Part shown: piece by piece, positions 1 through 13,737 of the stretch
Numbering within the stretch: the stretch's first letter is position 1
Layout of the letters: every line of letters starts with the position of its first letter
NCBI GenBank assembly: GCA_033442325.1
Contig: JAWQFM010000004.1
Location: 803,084-867,083, forward strand
DNA from: Salpingoeca rosetta
Lineage: Eukaryota; Protista; Choanoflagellata
Direction: 5' to 3'
Length of the DNA stretch: 64,000 nucleotides
Translations under genes and position numbers: made by a program
The notes under the pieces: model-generated
What the model was told of the DNA's origin: nothing
Databases searched by the model: none
What the model saw: only the letters and a program-made list of their open reading frames with translations

Positions 1-852
1 TGCGTGGTTGGTACGAGCGAGGTCGATGCCTGGTCCCCATGGGATGGACATGGTCTTGATTCGAGATGGTGACAGCGCAGCCGGCACCGCCTCCGCACGC
101 GATCGCTCCAGCAGCTGCTGCGCCTCCTCATCCACCTCGCCATTGGTCATGTCGATGAACAGCTTGGCCGTGTCTGGGTCCGATGCAACGTCGATGCCCT
201 CCAGGCGCCGGTCAAAGACGAAGCACGCCTTGTCGCGCGCCTCTTTCGGCTGCACCTTGAACAGGCCGTTGTCAATCTCCTCCGCCGTCACGCTCTGCAC
301 GTACAGGGCGCGTCGCTCATCAGACAGCCCAGGAGCTCCCGTTGCCGCCTGGCGCAGACACGTCTGCAACGTGGGGAAGATGTCGGACCACCACGCATCA
401 GAGTGCTCCTTCTTCACGGGCTTGAGCTCGCGGGTCGGCGGCACGACGTTCTCGTTGAGGACGAACCACTCGTCCATGTACTCCATGGCCTTGTTGAGTG
501 CAGCTGAGGTCACAGTGGACGCAGTTTGCTTGGCTTGCTTGGCCATCTCGTCCTTCAGCAGCTTGAACTCCTCCTCAGGGATCTTGGCGGGAAAGGGGCG
601 GAAGCCATACTTGTTGCCAAGGATGAGCACATAGCTGATGCCGCTCGATTCTTGCTGGCACCTCTTGATCTCCCGCATGCAAATCTATGAAACGTGTGTG
701 TGGGGAGGGGGAGGGATGTGGGGTGGTCAGTGTGCGCGTTGAAGCTCAGAGTGAGAGTGGGAAGGGATTATCGGATTGCAAGCTGTAACCACCTCACACA
801 CACACTCATTCACACACACGCAGACACACACGCAGACACACACACACACACA

Positions 853-910
<58 letters not shown>

Positions 911-1453
911 CACAAGCACACACACACACACACAAACATACACCCACCCCTCGGTGGTTTCGTGGGCGGGAGAAGCCTCAGAAAGAATGCCCCAGCGCAT
1001 CTCGGAAGACTGGTAAACTTGCACACGCAGGCGTTGTCCGAGGGACTTGAGGTACGGATACACGTTCTCGATCAAGGCGTTGCGCTCTCACCTCCGTGTT
1101 CAGTGAACGTGGGAGGAGAGGAACAGGCGGGATGGTCGGCTGTCGCGTGCCCAGTGTCTGGATCTCGCTGTCGGGAAGTGCGTCGCCTTCCAAAACACGC
1201 TTCAGTGTCTCAGCTGGGTCGCTCACAGGGAATCCAGCTTGGGCACGCGCAGCATCGGCCAAGGCGCTGCTGCCACTGTGCCACGTTTTTGTATCNNNNN
1301 NNNNNNNNNNNNNNNNNNNNNNNNNNNNNNNNNNNNNNNNNNNNNNNNNNNNNNNNNNNNNNNNNNNNNNNNNNNNNNNNNNNNNNNNNNNNNNNTTGCG
1401 CGCTCCTCGGCCAGCTCCTCATGCATCGCCAGCTTGCTCTGGTGGCAGCCCAT
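1..1453 (-). CDS. 5' part of a DUF4062-containing NWD1/NWD2-like (probable NACHT-repeat) protein; continues off the left edge
   Basis: ATG at 1453 gives MGCHQSKLAMHEELAEERA, then the gap at 1296-1395. Exon ~949-1295 encodes (T)IRLFLSSTFTDTEVERNALIENVYPYLK...SEMRWGI...HETTE if about four single-base insertions near 1085-1135 are removed. Exon 1-684 (acceptor at 685-686) encodes ICMREIKRCQQESSGISYVLILGNKYGFRPFPAKIPEEEF...SVTAEEI. These are the DUF4062 motifs of NWD1/NWD2/TEP1-like proteins. The NACHT domain itself is not in the window. Confidence 0.8.
1296..1395. other. assembly gap (100 N)
   Basis: Run of N. Confidence 1.
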
Positions 1454-1799
1454 CTTTGCTCGTTTGCTGTGCTGACGGTTGCAGACACAGTGGGGTGTGG
1501 CGGTGTGAGGGTGAAGTGAGGCGTGAAGTAAAATGAACGCACGCTGTGTCTGCTGTGTCTGTTTGTTGGCTGTGAGGGCGTCGCCAAGCATGTGCACAGG
1601 CAAACAAACAAACAAAATGCGCTGCACGCCGGAGTGTGCAGCGCAGAGCCAAAACGCGCAAAAGCGAGTACATGGGAAACGACGTAAACGCAATGTCACG
1701 AAGAAATAATTGAAAGGGGCGTGGTGAGTGTTCAGTTGGTTGGGCAACGCCCCCTCCCACCTGATGGCCTGATGGCAACGACGACTGAGGACTTTAAAG

Positions 1800-2651
1800 A
1801 CTAGCCTGTTGTCAGCGAGGGTCTGTGTGTGTGACTGTGATCTTATGATCCTGGCGTTGATGGTGTGTAAAGTCTTCTTCTTGGTGGTGGCAGGAAGACT
1901 TTGCCCTCGTTTGAGAAAGCTGCGGTCGAGAATACGCTAGTTGGACGAAATGAGACATGCAACAAGGTCATCATCGCTCATATCATGGTCAATCAACAGA
2001 TCACTACATAGATCAAACATTCACTCTTGATCTCAGGATCTCTGACGTGCTCACTCACTCGAGTGGGCAGTCGACGCCGCGACAACCTCAAGCATAAATG
2101 CATGGGTATGATGAATGCCACACACCAGCCCAGCAGCTCATCGAGTGCAGGCGACCCAGTGTTCTTGATCTCCTCTCTGTGTGCTGACTTGCACTTTTCC
2201 ACTCTGAGTACATGGAACAGTGCTGACCTGATGTGCTGAGCGCAAGCTGATGCATAGCCACTCTTGTATTGTCACCACAACAAGAAGTGTTGAAGGAACT
2301 TTGATACGCACGCAATCAAAGAGGTGCCATCAAGGGGTCGTCAGGCATGATTTATGGTGTTGGTGCCAGCAATTAACAACACGAAAGAATGCGCGACAGA
2401 AGGTACACAGGCACACACCATGAACGCGTCCTTGCCCTCCCACCAACAACACACAAGCAATTCAGTAACGTGGTGGTCCTTGGGGTCTCTCCAGACCTGC
2501 TAACCTGCGCCATGCACTTGAACAACGCAACATGTGTGTTGTGGGTCACAAATACCGTGAGGAGTGGGGAGAAAAGCACAAGTATCCACCTGAAAGCACA
2601 CATAAGGCACAACAGAACACAATATGTACAGCCCATGCAACCCAATACACA

Positions 2652-2703
<52 letters not shown>

Positions 2704-2935
2704 GCGCGCGCAACCCAATACACACACACACACACACATACACAACTCACCATCCAGCAAACGCTGTCCTTCTGCTCATGGTGGCCCAATGACATCCGTT
2801 CCTCGTCCTCCCTCGTCTCTTGCCCAATCAAACCTTGAGCACGCCGTGCCAGCTCTCGCCCTCCACCACCACCCACATCAGCACTGGATCCATACACAGC
2901 TCCTTGCCCACGCCATCTCCTGCAGGAGAGCCTCC
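1800..2935 (-). pseudogene. possible decayed multi-exon gene remnant
   Basis: Minus-strand segments read like protein but are broken by stops and shifts (SKFLQHFLLW*QYKSGYASACAQHIRSALFHVLRVEKCK...; DLLIDHDMSDDDLVACLISSN*RILDR). A GTGAGT donor at ~2750 is followed by a (GT)n intron-like tract and a TTCAG acceptor at ~2590. No family recognised. Confidence 0.3.
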
Positions 2936-3572
2936 TGTGATGCTGCATGGAAGCTCACCAGCATCACTGCTGCTGCTGCTGCTGCTGATGGTGGTGGTGG
3001 TGGTGGTGATGGTTCCTCTCTCATGTGGAAACTATTGTCCAATGGATCAAACAACAGATGCGGTGTGATCCCTTTCCACGAAGCGATGCGACACTGGGCA
3101 CATTGCGGCTCGTTTGATCTCTGTCGAATGAATGGCTGTTTGATTGGGTGGTTCAGGTCGGTGTGAGCAACAGTAGTCGAGAGGTGGAGAGGTGGAGAGG
3201 GTCAACGCTTGCAAACTTGACAACACGCACACACACATGCACAGGATCATTCTCATCATGTCAGCCCTTCTCCCGCCTTCTGTGTCGCCACCATCGCCAC
3301 CTCTACACACTTTCGTGTACATGATCACTGTGACAGCAGAGGTAACAGAACCACTGCCAGCACACCAAACATCATCATCAGCATCATCATCAGATGTCAA
3401 CACGCACCCATCATCGTCGTGTGCAGTGGCCACAACCAACCAGACCAACCAACCAGCGAAGGAGCACAACACACAAACTTGCCACTTCAAGTTCGGAGGA
3501 TTGTGCGCATCATTCATAGACTTTCGTCAACCAACCAACGCATGTCAACCAACCACACACACACACACACAC

Positions 3573-3666
<94 letters not shown>

Positions 3667-3682
3667 TACACACACACACAAC

Positions 3683-6202
<2,520 letters not shown>

Positions 6203-6219
6203 GGGCGTGAGGGTGCGAC

Positions 6220-6287
<68 letters not shown>

Positions 6288-6733
6288 GTTCGCTTGACTT
6301 TGATCATCTCTTCAACGTCTCTCCCCCGTTTCGCTTTCCGCTTCTGCCCCATCTCTCCACCAACGTCCTCTCCTCGTGCCACCAAGCTTTCTCTCCATTG
6401 TCCATGGTTCAAAGGCTCACTGCTGCTCGTTTGTCTCATGCTCAGTGCATACGCTGGCCACTGTATCGACGCCAACATTCTTGACTCGTGGGACACGTGT
6501 GTCTGTGTCTGTTGGAGACAGGGTTCACAAGTGTTTCCTTTCAACCACGACACCACAGTAAACGTGACACGACATGCACGTGTCATAGAAAGGGGGGACA
6601 AGATGATGTTCTTTGGTGAGGTACTGGAACGAAGCGAAGAAACGCGCTAGGTCAAGGTCGTGCCAGGCAGCGAGTATATAACAGCAAAGAGACGAGGGGT
6701 GTCAGCAGGTGGTGTCGGAAAGTGAGTGCGCCA

Positions 6734-7790
6734 TCAGTCTCGCCCCGCAGAGGCTGGGGACATGTGTGCATGCAGTGCTGAGCAGAGGAAGCGCAGGATC
6801 AGGTTTCGACGCGCCGCAGAGGATCGGTGGACGGCTTGAGCGGAGATGAAGCGAAGCAGGAGGTTGCGTTGTGTGGGGAGTTGTCGCTGTTGAGCAGAGG
6901 GAGTTGCGGTGGACTTTTGCTGTTGTGTCGATGGCCCAGTAGGTTGTTGCAGAAGCAGCGCAATCAAGGATTGCTGTCCCATCTTGGTGTGTGGGTGGTC
7001 CGGGCCAAGTGTGTCCAGCCAGATGCTAACTGCTTGTTGCACCACAGTCAATGCCTTCCCGTACTCCCCCTTGCTGTGGTACACGTGGCCCAGGTTGTGG
7101 TATGTGGTTGCTGTGGAGGGATGCTTCTCCCCCAACGTATCCAGCTTGATCTGCAGGCACTTTTGGAAGTAGTGGATGGCGCGGTCACACTCGCCCTTGC
7201 GGGTGTACCCGCTGGCCAGGTTGTTGTATGTGGTTGCTGTGGATGGATGCTCTTCCCCCAACGTGTCCAGTTCTATCTGCAGGCACTTGTGGTAGTAGTA
7301 GATGGCGCGGTCGTACTGGCCCTGGCTGTTGTACACACCACCCAGGTTGTTGTATGTGCTAGCTGTTTCCGAGTGCTGTCCCCCCAACGTGTCCAGCTGT
7401 ATCTGCAGGCACTTCTGGTAGGAGTGGATGGCGCGGTCATACTCGCCCTTGCTGTCGTACACCTGGCCCAGGTTGTTGTATGTGGTTGCGGTGTCGGGGT
7501 GCTTCTCCCCCAACGTGTCCAGCTTGATCTGCAGGCACTTCTGGTAGTAGTGAATGGCACGGTCATACTGGCACTTGCTGAAGTACACAAGGCCCAGGTT
7601 GTTGTAGGTGGTTGCGGTGTCGGGGTGCTTCTCTCCGAAGATGAGCAGTTCTACACCCAACGCTTGCTGAAGAATGTCTCCGCGCTATCGTGCTCTCCGA
7701 AGTCATGCATGACTAATCCCACTCGGTTACACATTGGTGCAACTCTTGGGAGATGTCTCCTGTCTTCATCTTCCTTCCACGAATGACTTC
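6734..7790 (-). CDS. tandem TPR protein (kinesin-light-chain-type 42-aa TPR), 5' end in the gap
   Basis: Five near-identical 126-bp/42-aa repeats (GEKHPDTATTYNNLGxVY..GEYDRAIHYYQKCLQIxLDTL). An upstream repeat (MCNRVGLVMHDFGEHDSAETFF) joins through an apparent 1-nt deletion near 7670, about 120 bp from the gap. Confidence 0.9.
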
Positions 7791-8541
7791 NNNNNNNNNN
7801 NNNNNNNNNNNNNNNNNNNNNNNNNNNNNNNNNNNNNNNNNNNNNNNNNNNNNNNNNNNNNNNNNNNNNNNNNNNNNNNNNNNNNNNNNNNNNNNNNNNN
7901 NNNNNNNNNNNNNNNNNNNNNNNNNNNNNNNNNNNNNNNNNNNNNNNNNNNNNNNNNNNNNNNNNNNNNNNNNNNNNNNNNNNNNNNNNNNNNNNNNNNN
8001 NNNNNNNNNNNNNNNNNNNNNNNNNNNNNNNNNNNNNNNNNNNNNNNNNNNNNNNNNNNNNNNNNNNNNNNNNNNNNNNNNNNNNNNNNNNNNNNNNNNN
8101 NNNNNNNNNNNNNNNNNNNNNNNNNNNNNNNNNNNNNNNNNNNNNNNNNNNNNNNNNNNNNNNNNNNNNNNNNNNNNNNNNNNNNNNNNNNNNNNNNNNN
8201 NNNNNNNNNNNNNNNNNNNNNNNNNNNNNNNNNNNNNNNNNNNNNNNNNNNNNNNNNNNNNNNNNNNNNNNNNNNNNNNNNNNNNNNNNNNNNNNNNNNN
8301 NNNNNNNNNNNNNNNNNNNNNNNNNNNNNNNNNNNNNNNNNNNNNNNNNNNNNNNNNNNNNNNNNNNNNNNNNNNNNNNNNNNNNNNNNNNNNNNNNNNN
8401 NNNNNNNNNNNNNNNNNNNNNNNNNNNNNNNNNNNNNNNNNNNNNNNNNNNNNNNNNNNNNNNNNNNNNNNNNNNNNNNNNNNNNNNNNNNNNNNNNNNN
8501 NNNNNNNNNNNNNNNNNNNNNNNNNNNNNNNNNNNNNNNNN
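7791..8541. other. assembly gap (751 N)
   Basis: Run of N. Confidence 1.
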
Positions 8542-8720
8542 GTGTTCTTGTGGATGGATGAATGAACGCTGAGTGTCTCTTGAGCCTCAGCACAATCAGA
8601 ATTGACAAGCACTGCTTCTCTGTGGTAAGCACTCTTGTTGCTGGCAAAAAGCAAAGCGAAATGCCAAGACGCACTCTCCAACAAAACGCACAACACCACA
8701 ACCCACCAGCCACGATCATC

Positions 8721-9983
8721 ATGTCAACCCTCACCCTCCTCCTCTTCCTCCCACCGCTGCGTCTACTGCTGCTGCTGCTGCTGCTTCTTCTTGTCGCACC
8801 ACTGCCCCAAACTGCAGCGCTCAGTGGTGATGTCGGCATTGGCCGGGACGGGAGCGGCGCCCTGCACATCAACACGAGCGATGCGCTGACTGAACCAGTG
8901 TTTGTGAACGGAGTGGACGTGGGCAAGATGTTCGCGCTTGTGCTTGAACAGCAGCGTGTGGTGTCAAGACAGGCAATTCAGTTGCAAGAGCAACGCGAGG
9001 CGCTGTGCCGTCGCTTCCCGCCAACGACAAGTTCCATTCCAAACATGGGCATGATGGACCGCGGCTGGATTGGCGGCGTGCTGGCCGACAACGGGCTCAT
9101 CTACGGCATCCCGTACTTGTCCACGTCCGTGCTCATCATCGACCCTGCCACCAACACCGCCGACACAACATCCATCTCCGGTTTGCCTGCAGGCGGCAGC
9201 AAATGGACGGGCGGCGTGCTGGCCGACAACGGGCTCATCTATGGGTTTCCGGAAAGCGCAACGTCTGTGCTCATCATCGACCCACGCGCAAACACCGTGG
9301 ACACCACCACCCTGGGCGGACTGCCTTCCGGCGGCGGTGGCGGAAAATGGAGGAGCGGGGTTGCCGCACACAACGGGCACATCTACGGCATTCCGTGGTC
9401 TGCAAGCTCTGTGCTCATCATCAACCCCACTCTCCACACCACAGATGTCACGACGATATCTGGCTTTGGTGGGGACTACTTCAAATGGTTCGGGGGTGTT
9501 CAAGCCGCCAACGGGCTCATCTACAGCGTGCCACACAGCGCAAACGCCGTCCTCATCATCGACCCAGCCAGGAACACCGCAGACACCACATCCATTGCTG
9601 GGTTGACAGGTAGCAGCAAGTGGTTTGGCACCGTGCTCGCGCGGAACGGTCTCATTTACGGCATTCCGAAATCCGCCACGACAGTGCTCGTCATCGACCC
9701 CACCTCAAACACGGCCGACACGACGGCCATCACCGGCCTCTCGAGCGACGGTTCCAAGTGGCTCGGCGGCGTGCTTGCACCAAACGGCAACATCTTCGGC
9801 ATCCCGCTTAATGCGGAATCTGTCCTCATCATCGACCCAGCAACCAACACCACCGACACCACGTCGCTTCCAGTCACTTCTGGCATCGACAAGTGGCATG
9901 AAGGCGTCCTCGCAAGCAATGGCCTCATCTACGCCATTCCACACGTCGCTGGGGATGTGCTGCTCATCGACCCTGGCTGCTGA
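8721..9983 (+). CDS. intronless secreted 7-bladed beta-propeller repeat protein (420 aa)
   Basis: ATG at 8721 starts a Leu-rich signal peptide ([33 protein letters not shown]). This is followed by a GRDGSGALHIN...VFVNGVDV module, a short coiled coil, and seven ~45-aa repeats KWxGGVLAxNGxIYGIPxxAxSVLIIDP.TNT.DTT. Stop at 9981-9983. Confidence 0.9.
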   Translation: MSTLTLLLFLPPLRLLLLLLLLLLVAPLPQTAALSGDVGIGRDGSGALHINTSDALTEPVFVNGVDVGKMFALVLEQQRVVSRQAIQLQEQREALCRRFPPTTSSIPNMGMMDRGWIGGVLADNGLIYGIPYLSTSVLIIDPATNTADTTSISGLPAGGSKWTGGVLADNGLIYGFPESATSVLIIDPRANTVDTTTLGGLPSGGGGGKWRSGVAAHNGHIYGIPWSASSVLIINPTLHTTDVTTISGFGGDYFKWFGGVQAANGLIYSVPHSANAVLIIDPARNTADTTSIAGLTGSSKWFGTVLARNGLIYGIPKSATTVLVIDPTSNTADTTAITGLSSDGSKWLGGVLAPNGNIFGIPLNAESVLIIDPATNTTDTTSLPVTSGIDKWHEGVLASNGLIYAIPHVAGDVLLIDPGC

Positions 9984-10112
9984 CCACATATACTGTACGA
10001 ACGCACACACGTGCCCACGTACACGTGACATCCTCAGTCATGAGATCGATGATGATTCTGCGGTCGGCTTGGTTGGCTGGACACGACCGGGGATGTGCCA
10101 CACGCTGGCCGA

Positions 10113-10517
10113 CGTGGTGCACACGCCTTCCCGACTGCCGAAATGGCGACGCTGGCCAGCGCCTCCGTGCTTGGCATCTCCTTTATGTTTGGCGGCCTGT
10201 TTCTCCCCGGGCCCGACATGCCCGAAGGCTATCGCTGGCTCTGGTATGCCAACTACATTCGGTACGCCCTCAATGCCATGGTGGTGCCCCAGTTCCACTG
10301 CGAAGGCGCTGGAAACGCCACAGGCACGTGTCCCACCATTCCCATTGTCACCGTGGAAGGCGTTCGTGACATGGCAGTGTCCGAGTATGTGCACACCTTC
10401 CTTGGCCTTGACTATGAGGACCGCTGGCTCGGCCTGTTTATTGTCGTCGGCTTTGCGTGCGCATTTCTCGTGCTCTCCTTCCTTGCCGCACGCTTCATCA
10501 ACCACGTGAAGCGATGA
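10113..10517 (+). pseudogene. orphan C-terminal fragment of a PDR/ABCG-type ABC transporter
   Basis: AHAFPTAEMATLASASVLGISFMFGGLFLPGPDMPEGYRWLWYANYIRYALNAMVVPQF...RWLGLFIVVGF...AARFINHVKR* is the typical end of the ABC2 membrane domain of PDR transporters. There is no room for upstream exons because the propeller gene ends ~130 bp earlier. Confidence 0.75.
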
Positions 10518-10966
10518 TGTTCATGATGTCGTGCGTGTGTTGGGTTCATGTGTACTTTGTGCAAAAGACGGCAAGAAGCACGAAATCAAAAAGATGACCA
10601 AAAAGCGAGATCAGAAAGGACCAAAGAGTGCAATGCGACCACCCAGAGAGAAAGATGAACAGAGAGGCAGACACGCACACACCACACACCCAGACAACTA
10701 CTTTCGCTTTTGTTTTCTCCCTCTGCCTTTGCGTGTGTAGTTTGATTTTGCTGCGATGATCTTGGCCATGCGTTTCCGCCGCGCCCTGCAAGAATAGCGA
10801 GGAAAGGTCAAAAGCATGATGGGTGAGGGTGGGGTTGACAACCATGAACACAAATGGGGGACGTTTGAGGCAAGCATGGTACACGAGTTCACGACACGCG
10901 TCAAGGCAGACAGGCAGGCAGAAACACACACACAGACACACACAGACACACACACACACACAGACA

Positions 10967-11029
<63 letters not shown>

Positions 11030-11079
11030 GCACCCACCCAGACAGACAGACACTCCCCCCTCTCCCTCACCCATGACAG

Positions 11080-11899
11080 CTGCCATCACGGCGCTTGTTC
11101 AACACACGGACAACCCTCGCTACATCTTGTCAAAGAGGAGAGTTCGAAGACAAGTGTTGTACGACTATGCCACGGTACGTGTGAGGCCTGGCTTCCACTT
11201 CCCCATGGCACACACACCATGACAGCGATTTCCAGTTTGGTGCTGTCGTGGTGAGGGCGCGAACACAACCAAAGGCACAGGTAGACGGACACAACACACA
11301 CACACACACACAGACACTTTCACACACACACACACAGACACTTTCACACAGACACACACGTACAGACACAAAATGCCATGGCCATGGAACAGCAACACCA
11401 CCAACACCACCAACACCACCAATCGCCGCCGCACCAACCCCACCACCACCAACCGCAGCAACAGCCTGGCACTGCGTTGGCCGTTCCTTCGCAAGACACA
11501 GAGGTCGTCGCCTACGAGCAGGACCCGAACAACCTCGCACTCGTGCGTGTGTGTGCGCATGTGTGTGCGTGTGTGCATGTGTGTGCGTGTTATGAATGTG
11601 TCTGTTTGTGTGTCTGGGCAACTTTTTATCTCTGCGGCTCCGTATCTGCAACACTCGCACATGTCGTTCGTCCTCTGCTCACCTCTGTCAACACCAACTG
11701 CAGATGTTCTGCGAGGTGTTCTTCGGCATGTTTGACCCGCCATCCTTCACCACGGACCTCTTCTTTGACGACTGCGAGCTCAACCTGCACGTGGCACCCG
11801 CAGGCCAAATAGAACAACACCAAGGCTCTGCCAGCGTCGTGTACGTCAGCCACAGCATACAACCACAACAACCCACAGATGTTTCTTCCTCTCCACCTG

Positions 11900-11973
<74 letters not shown>

Positions 11974-12741
11974 GCTCCCATTTCACACCAACTCACTCCT
12001 TTCTTTCTTCCCCCAACCCTCAACACCACGCAATCATAGGCACCGCTTAACGAAATTACCGCAGCAGGACAACGTCCTGTTTCGGCCGGGCGACGGCGGC
12101 ATCCGGTACGATGACGCGTGTCATTGCATTCCGTTCCCATCACTCTGCCCCATGGGCCTTCGCCTCCCCCGCCTTTCAACGCAATGCCTTGCTCTACCCT
12201 GCACCACCGTACCACTGTTGGTTGTTGCCTGACCCGTTTGTGCTCTGCTATGAATGACACAGCGGCATGCTCGAACCACACGGCCTTCTTGCTGTCGAAG
12301 TCCACGGAACCGTACACAGGTGCGTGTGCGTGTGCGTGCGTGTGTGTGTTGCGCGTTAGCATCAGATTGTGTGTGTGTTGCGTGTTAACATCAGTGTGTG
12401 TGTGTGTGTTGCGCGTTAACATCTGTGTGTGTGTGTGTGTGTTGCGCGTTAACATCAGTGTGCGTGTGTGTTGCGCGTTAACATCAGTGTGCGTGTGTGT
12501 TGCGCGTTAACATCAGTGTGCGGGTCTGCCCTTCGATTCGTCCAGCTCATTTTTGAGCCACTCAGCTTCCCTTCCTCACACATGCACGCATTCACGTGCT
12601 TTTCTTGTGCGTAGTCCCGGCGCAGTGATTGGACACTTTCGACAGGCGTGCCTGCTGGCACAGGACCCGTTTTTGCAAGACACGTGGCGGGTGCGCAACA
12701 TCAACATTGAATGCCAGCTCTTTCCGTCGTTGAATGGCTGA
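11080..12741 (+). CDS. C3orf38/DUF4518-like protein (multi-exon; 5' end uncertain, possibly from ~10816)
   Basis: GT-AG exons 11465-11542, 11704-11840, 12040-12105, 12263-12319 and 12615-12741 join in frame: ...LALMFCEVFFGMFDPPSFTTDLFFDDCELNLH...HQGSASVVHRLTKLPQQDNVLFRP..GIRGMLEPHGLLAVEVHGTVHSPGAVIGHFRQACLLAQDPFLQDTWRVRNINI. Exon 11080-11174 (ITALVQHTDNPRYILSKRRVRRQVLYDY) matches the N-terminal part. Recognised from similarity to human C3orf38 as recalled. Confidence 0.75.
12341..12522. repeat. compound minisatellite: six copies of GTTGCGCGTTAACATCAG-like core separated by variable (GT)n
   Basis: Seen directly in the last intron of the C3orf38-like gene. Confidence 0.9.
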
Positions 12742-12829
12742 CAAATGTGACGGGGGTTGGGAGAACGGCCGGAGGGGGGAAGGAAGGGAGTAAACGACAC
12801 GTTGGTTGTTTGTGGGGTGAGAGGTCACC

Positions 12830-12958
12830 AGAGAGAGCAAGAGAGAGAGCAAGAGAGAGCAAGAGAGAGCAAGAGAGAGCAAGAGAGAGCAAGAGAGAGA
12901 GAGAGAGAGCGAGAGCGAGAAAGGAACACAGACACAGACACAGACACAGACACACACA

Positions 12959-13010
<52 letters not shown>
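12830..13010. repeat. (GAGAGAGCAA)n, (GA)n, (GACACA)n and (CA)n compound microsatellite
   Basis: Seen directly in the intergenic region upstream of the HERC2-like gene. Confidence 0.9.
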
Positions 13011-13011
<1 letters not shown>

Positions 13012-13298
13012 GACAGCCACAACAGCATAAATTGCATTCAGCGCCATCTTGGCTGCGACGCGCAACCACAGAAAAAACGACTTCCGCTTCCACACATCCA
13101 CGAACCGCCGCACATCCCGACCTTCTTCCAAGAAGAAGGACACACAGACACGCACGCACACACGTTCACCCCCATCACGAACAACAACAGTAGCAAACAA
13201 GCAGGAGTACAAGCAGCCGCAAAGTGTAGTAGTAGTAGTAGCACCGCTTGTGAGCTGCGTCGACATATGGTGTGGCGCTTGCGCCAAGCACCGTCATC

Positions 13299-13686
13299 AT
13301 GAGCAGCAACAAGCTGGCGTATTGGGAGGCAAAGGGCGACCTCGCCTCCAGCTTCTGCCGGCCAGACCACCTGAACGCGTTGTGGTCGAAGCTGCGCAAG
13401 AACCGCGTTGTCGATGATGACGACGCGAGCTCGTCCCTGCTTCACGACTCCCGCCTCTCCCACTCCGCCATTGGCTGGTCCAACATTACACCTGGCGAGC
13501 TATGCGACTCCCTACAAGAGGAACATCGCGCCCGCAGCTACTTCCTCACAAGGTGCGAGACAATGTAGTTGAGGTGGGGAGGGTGACTATGGTTCCTTTG
13601 ATGGCTTTCTCTGGTCAACCCCACATCAAGCAGTGCCCGTGCCCAGCTCACACGTCCCGTTTGTCCTTCTATCCCGCCATCACACA

Positions 13687-13737
<51 letters not shown>

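Noticed and set aside
945-1140. Several frameshifts in the DUF4062 exon, suggesting programmed frameshifting or a pseudogene
   Set aside because: They are single-base insertions, mostly in short runs, within ~350 bp of a contig end, and the downstream exon is clean. Low-quality sequence is the simplest explanation.
7660-7690. Frameshift in the TPR gene
   Set aside because: A one-base deletion ~120 bp from a gap; a sequencing error is more likely than biology, though this cannot be proven here.
12341-12522. CRISPR-like pattern of a constant core with variable spacers
   Set aside because: The spacers are only (GT)n of variable length, the array is in a eukaryotic intron, and no cas genes are present.
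13042-13052. YY1-like CGCCATCTTG motif upstream of HERC2
   Set aside because: A single short match with no supporting copies; not enough to call.
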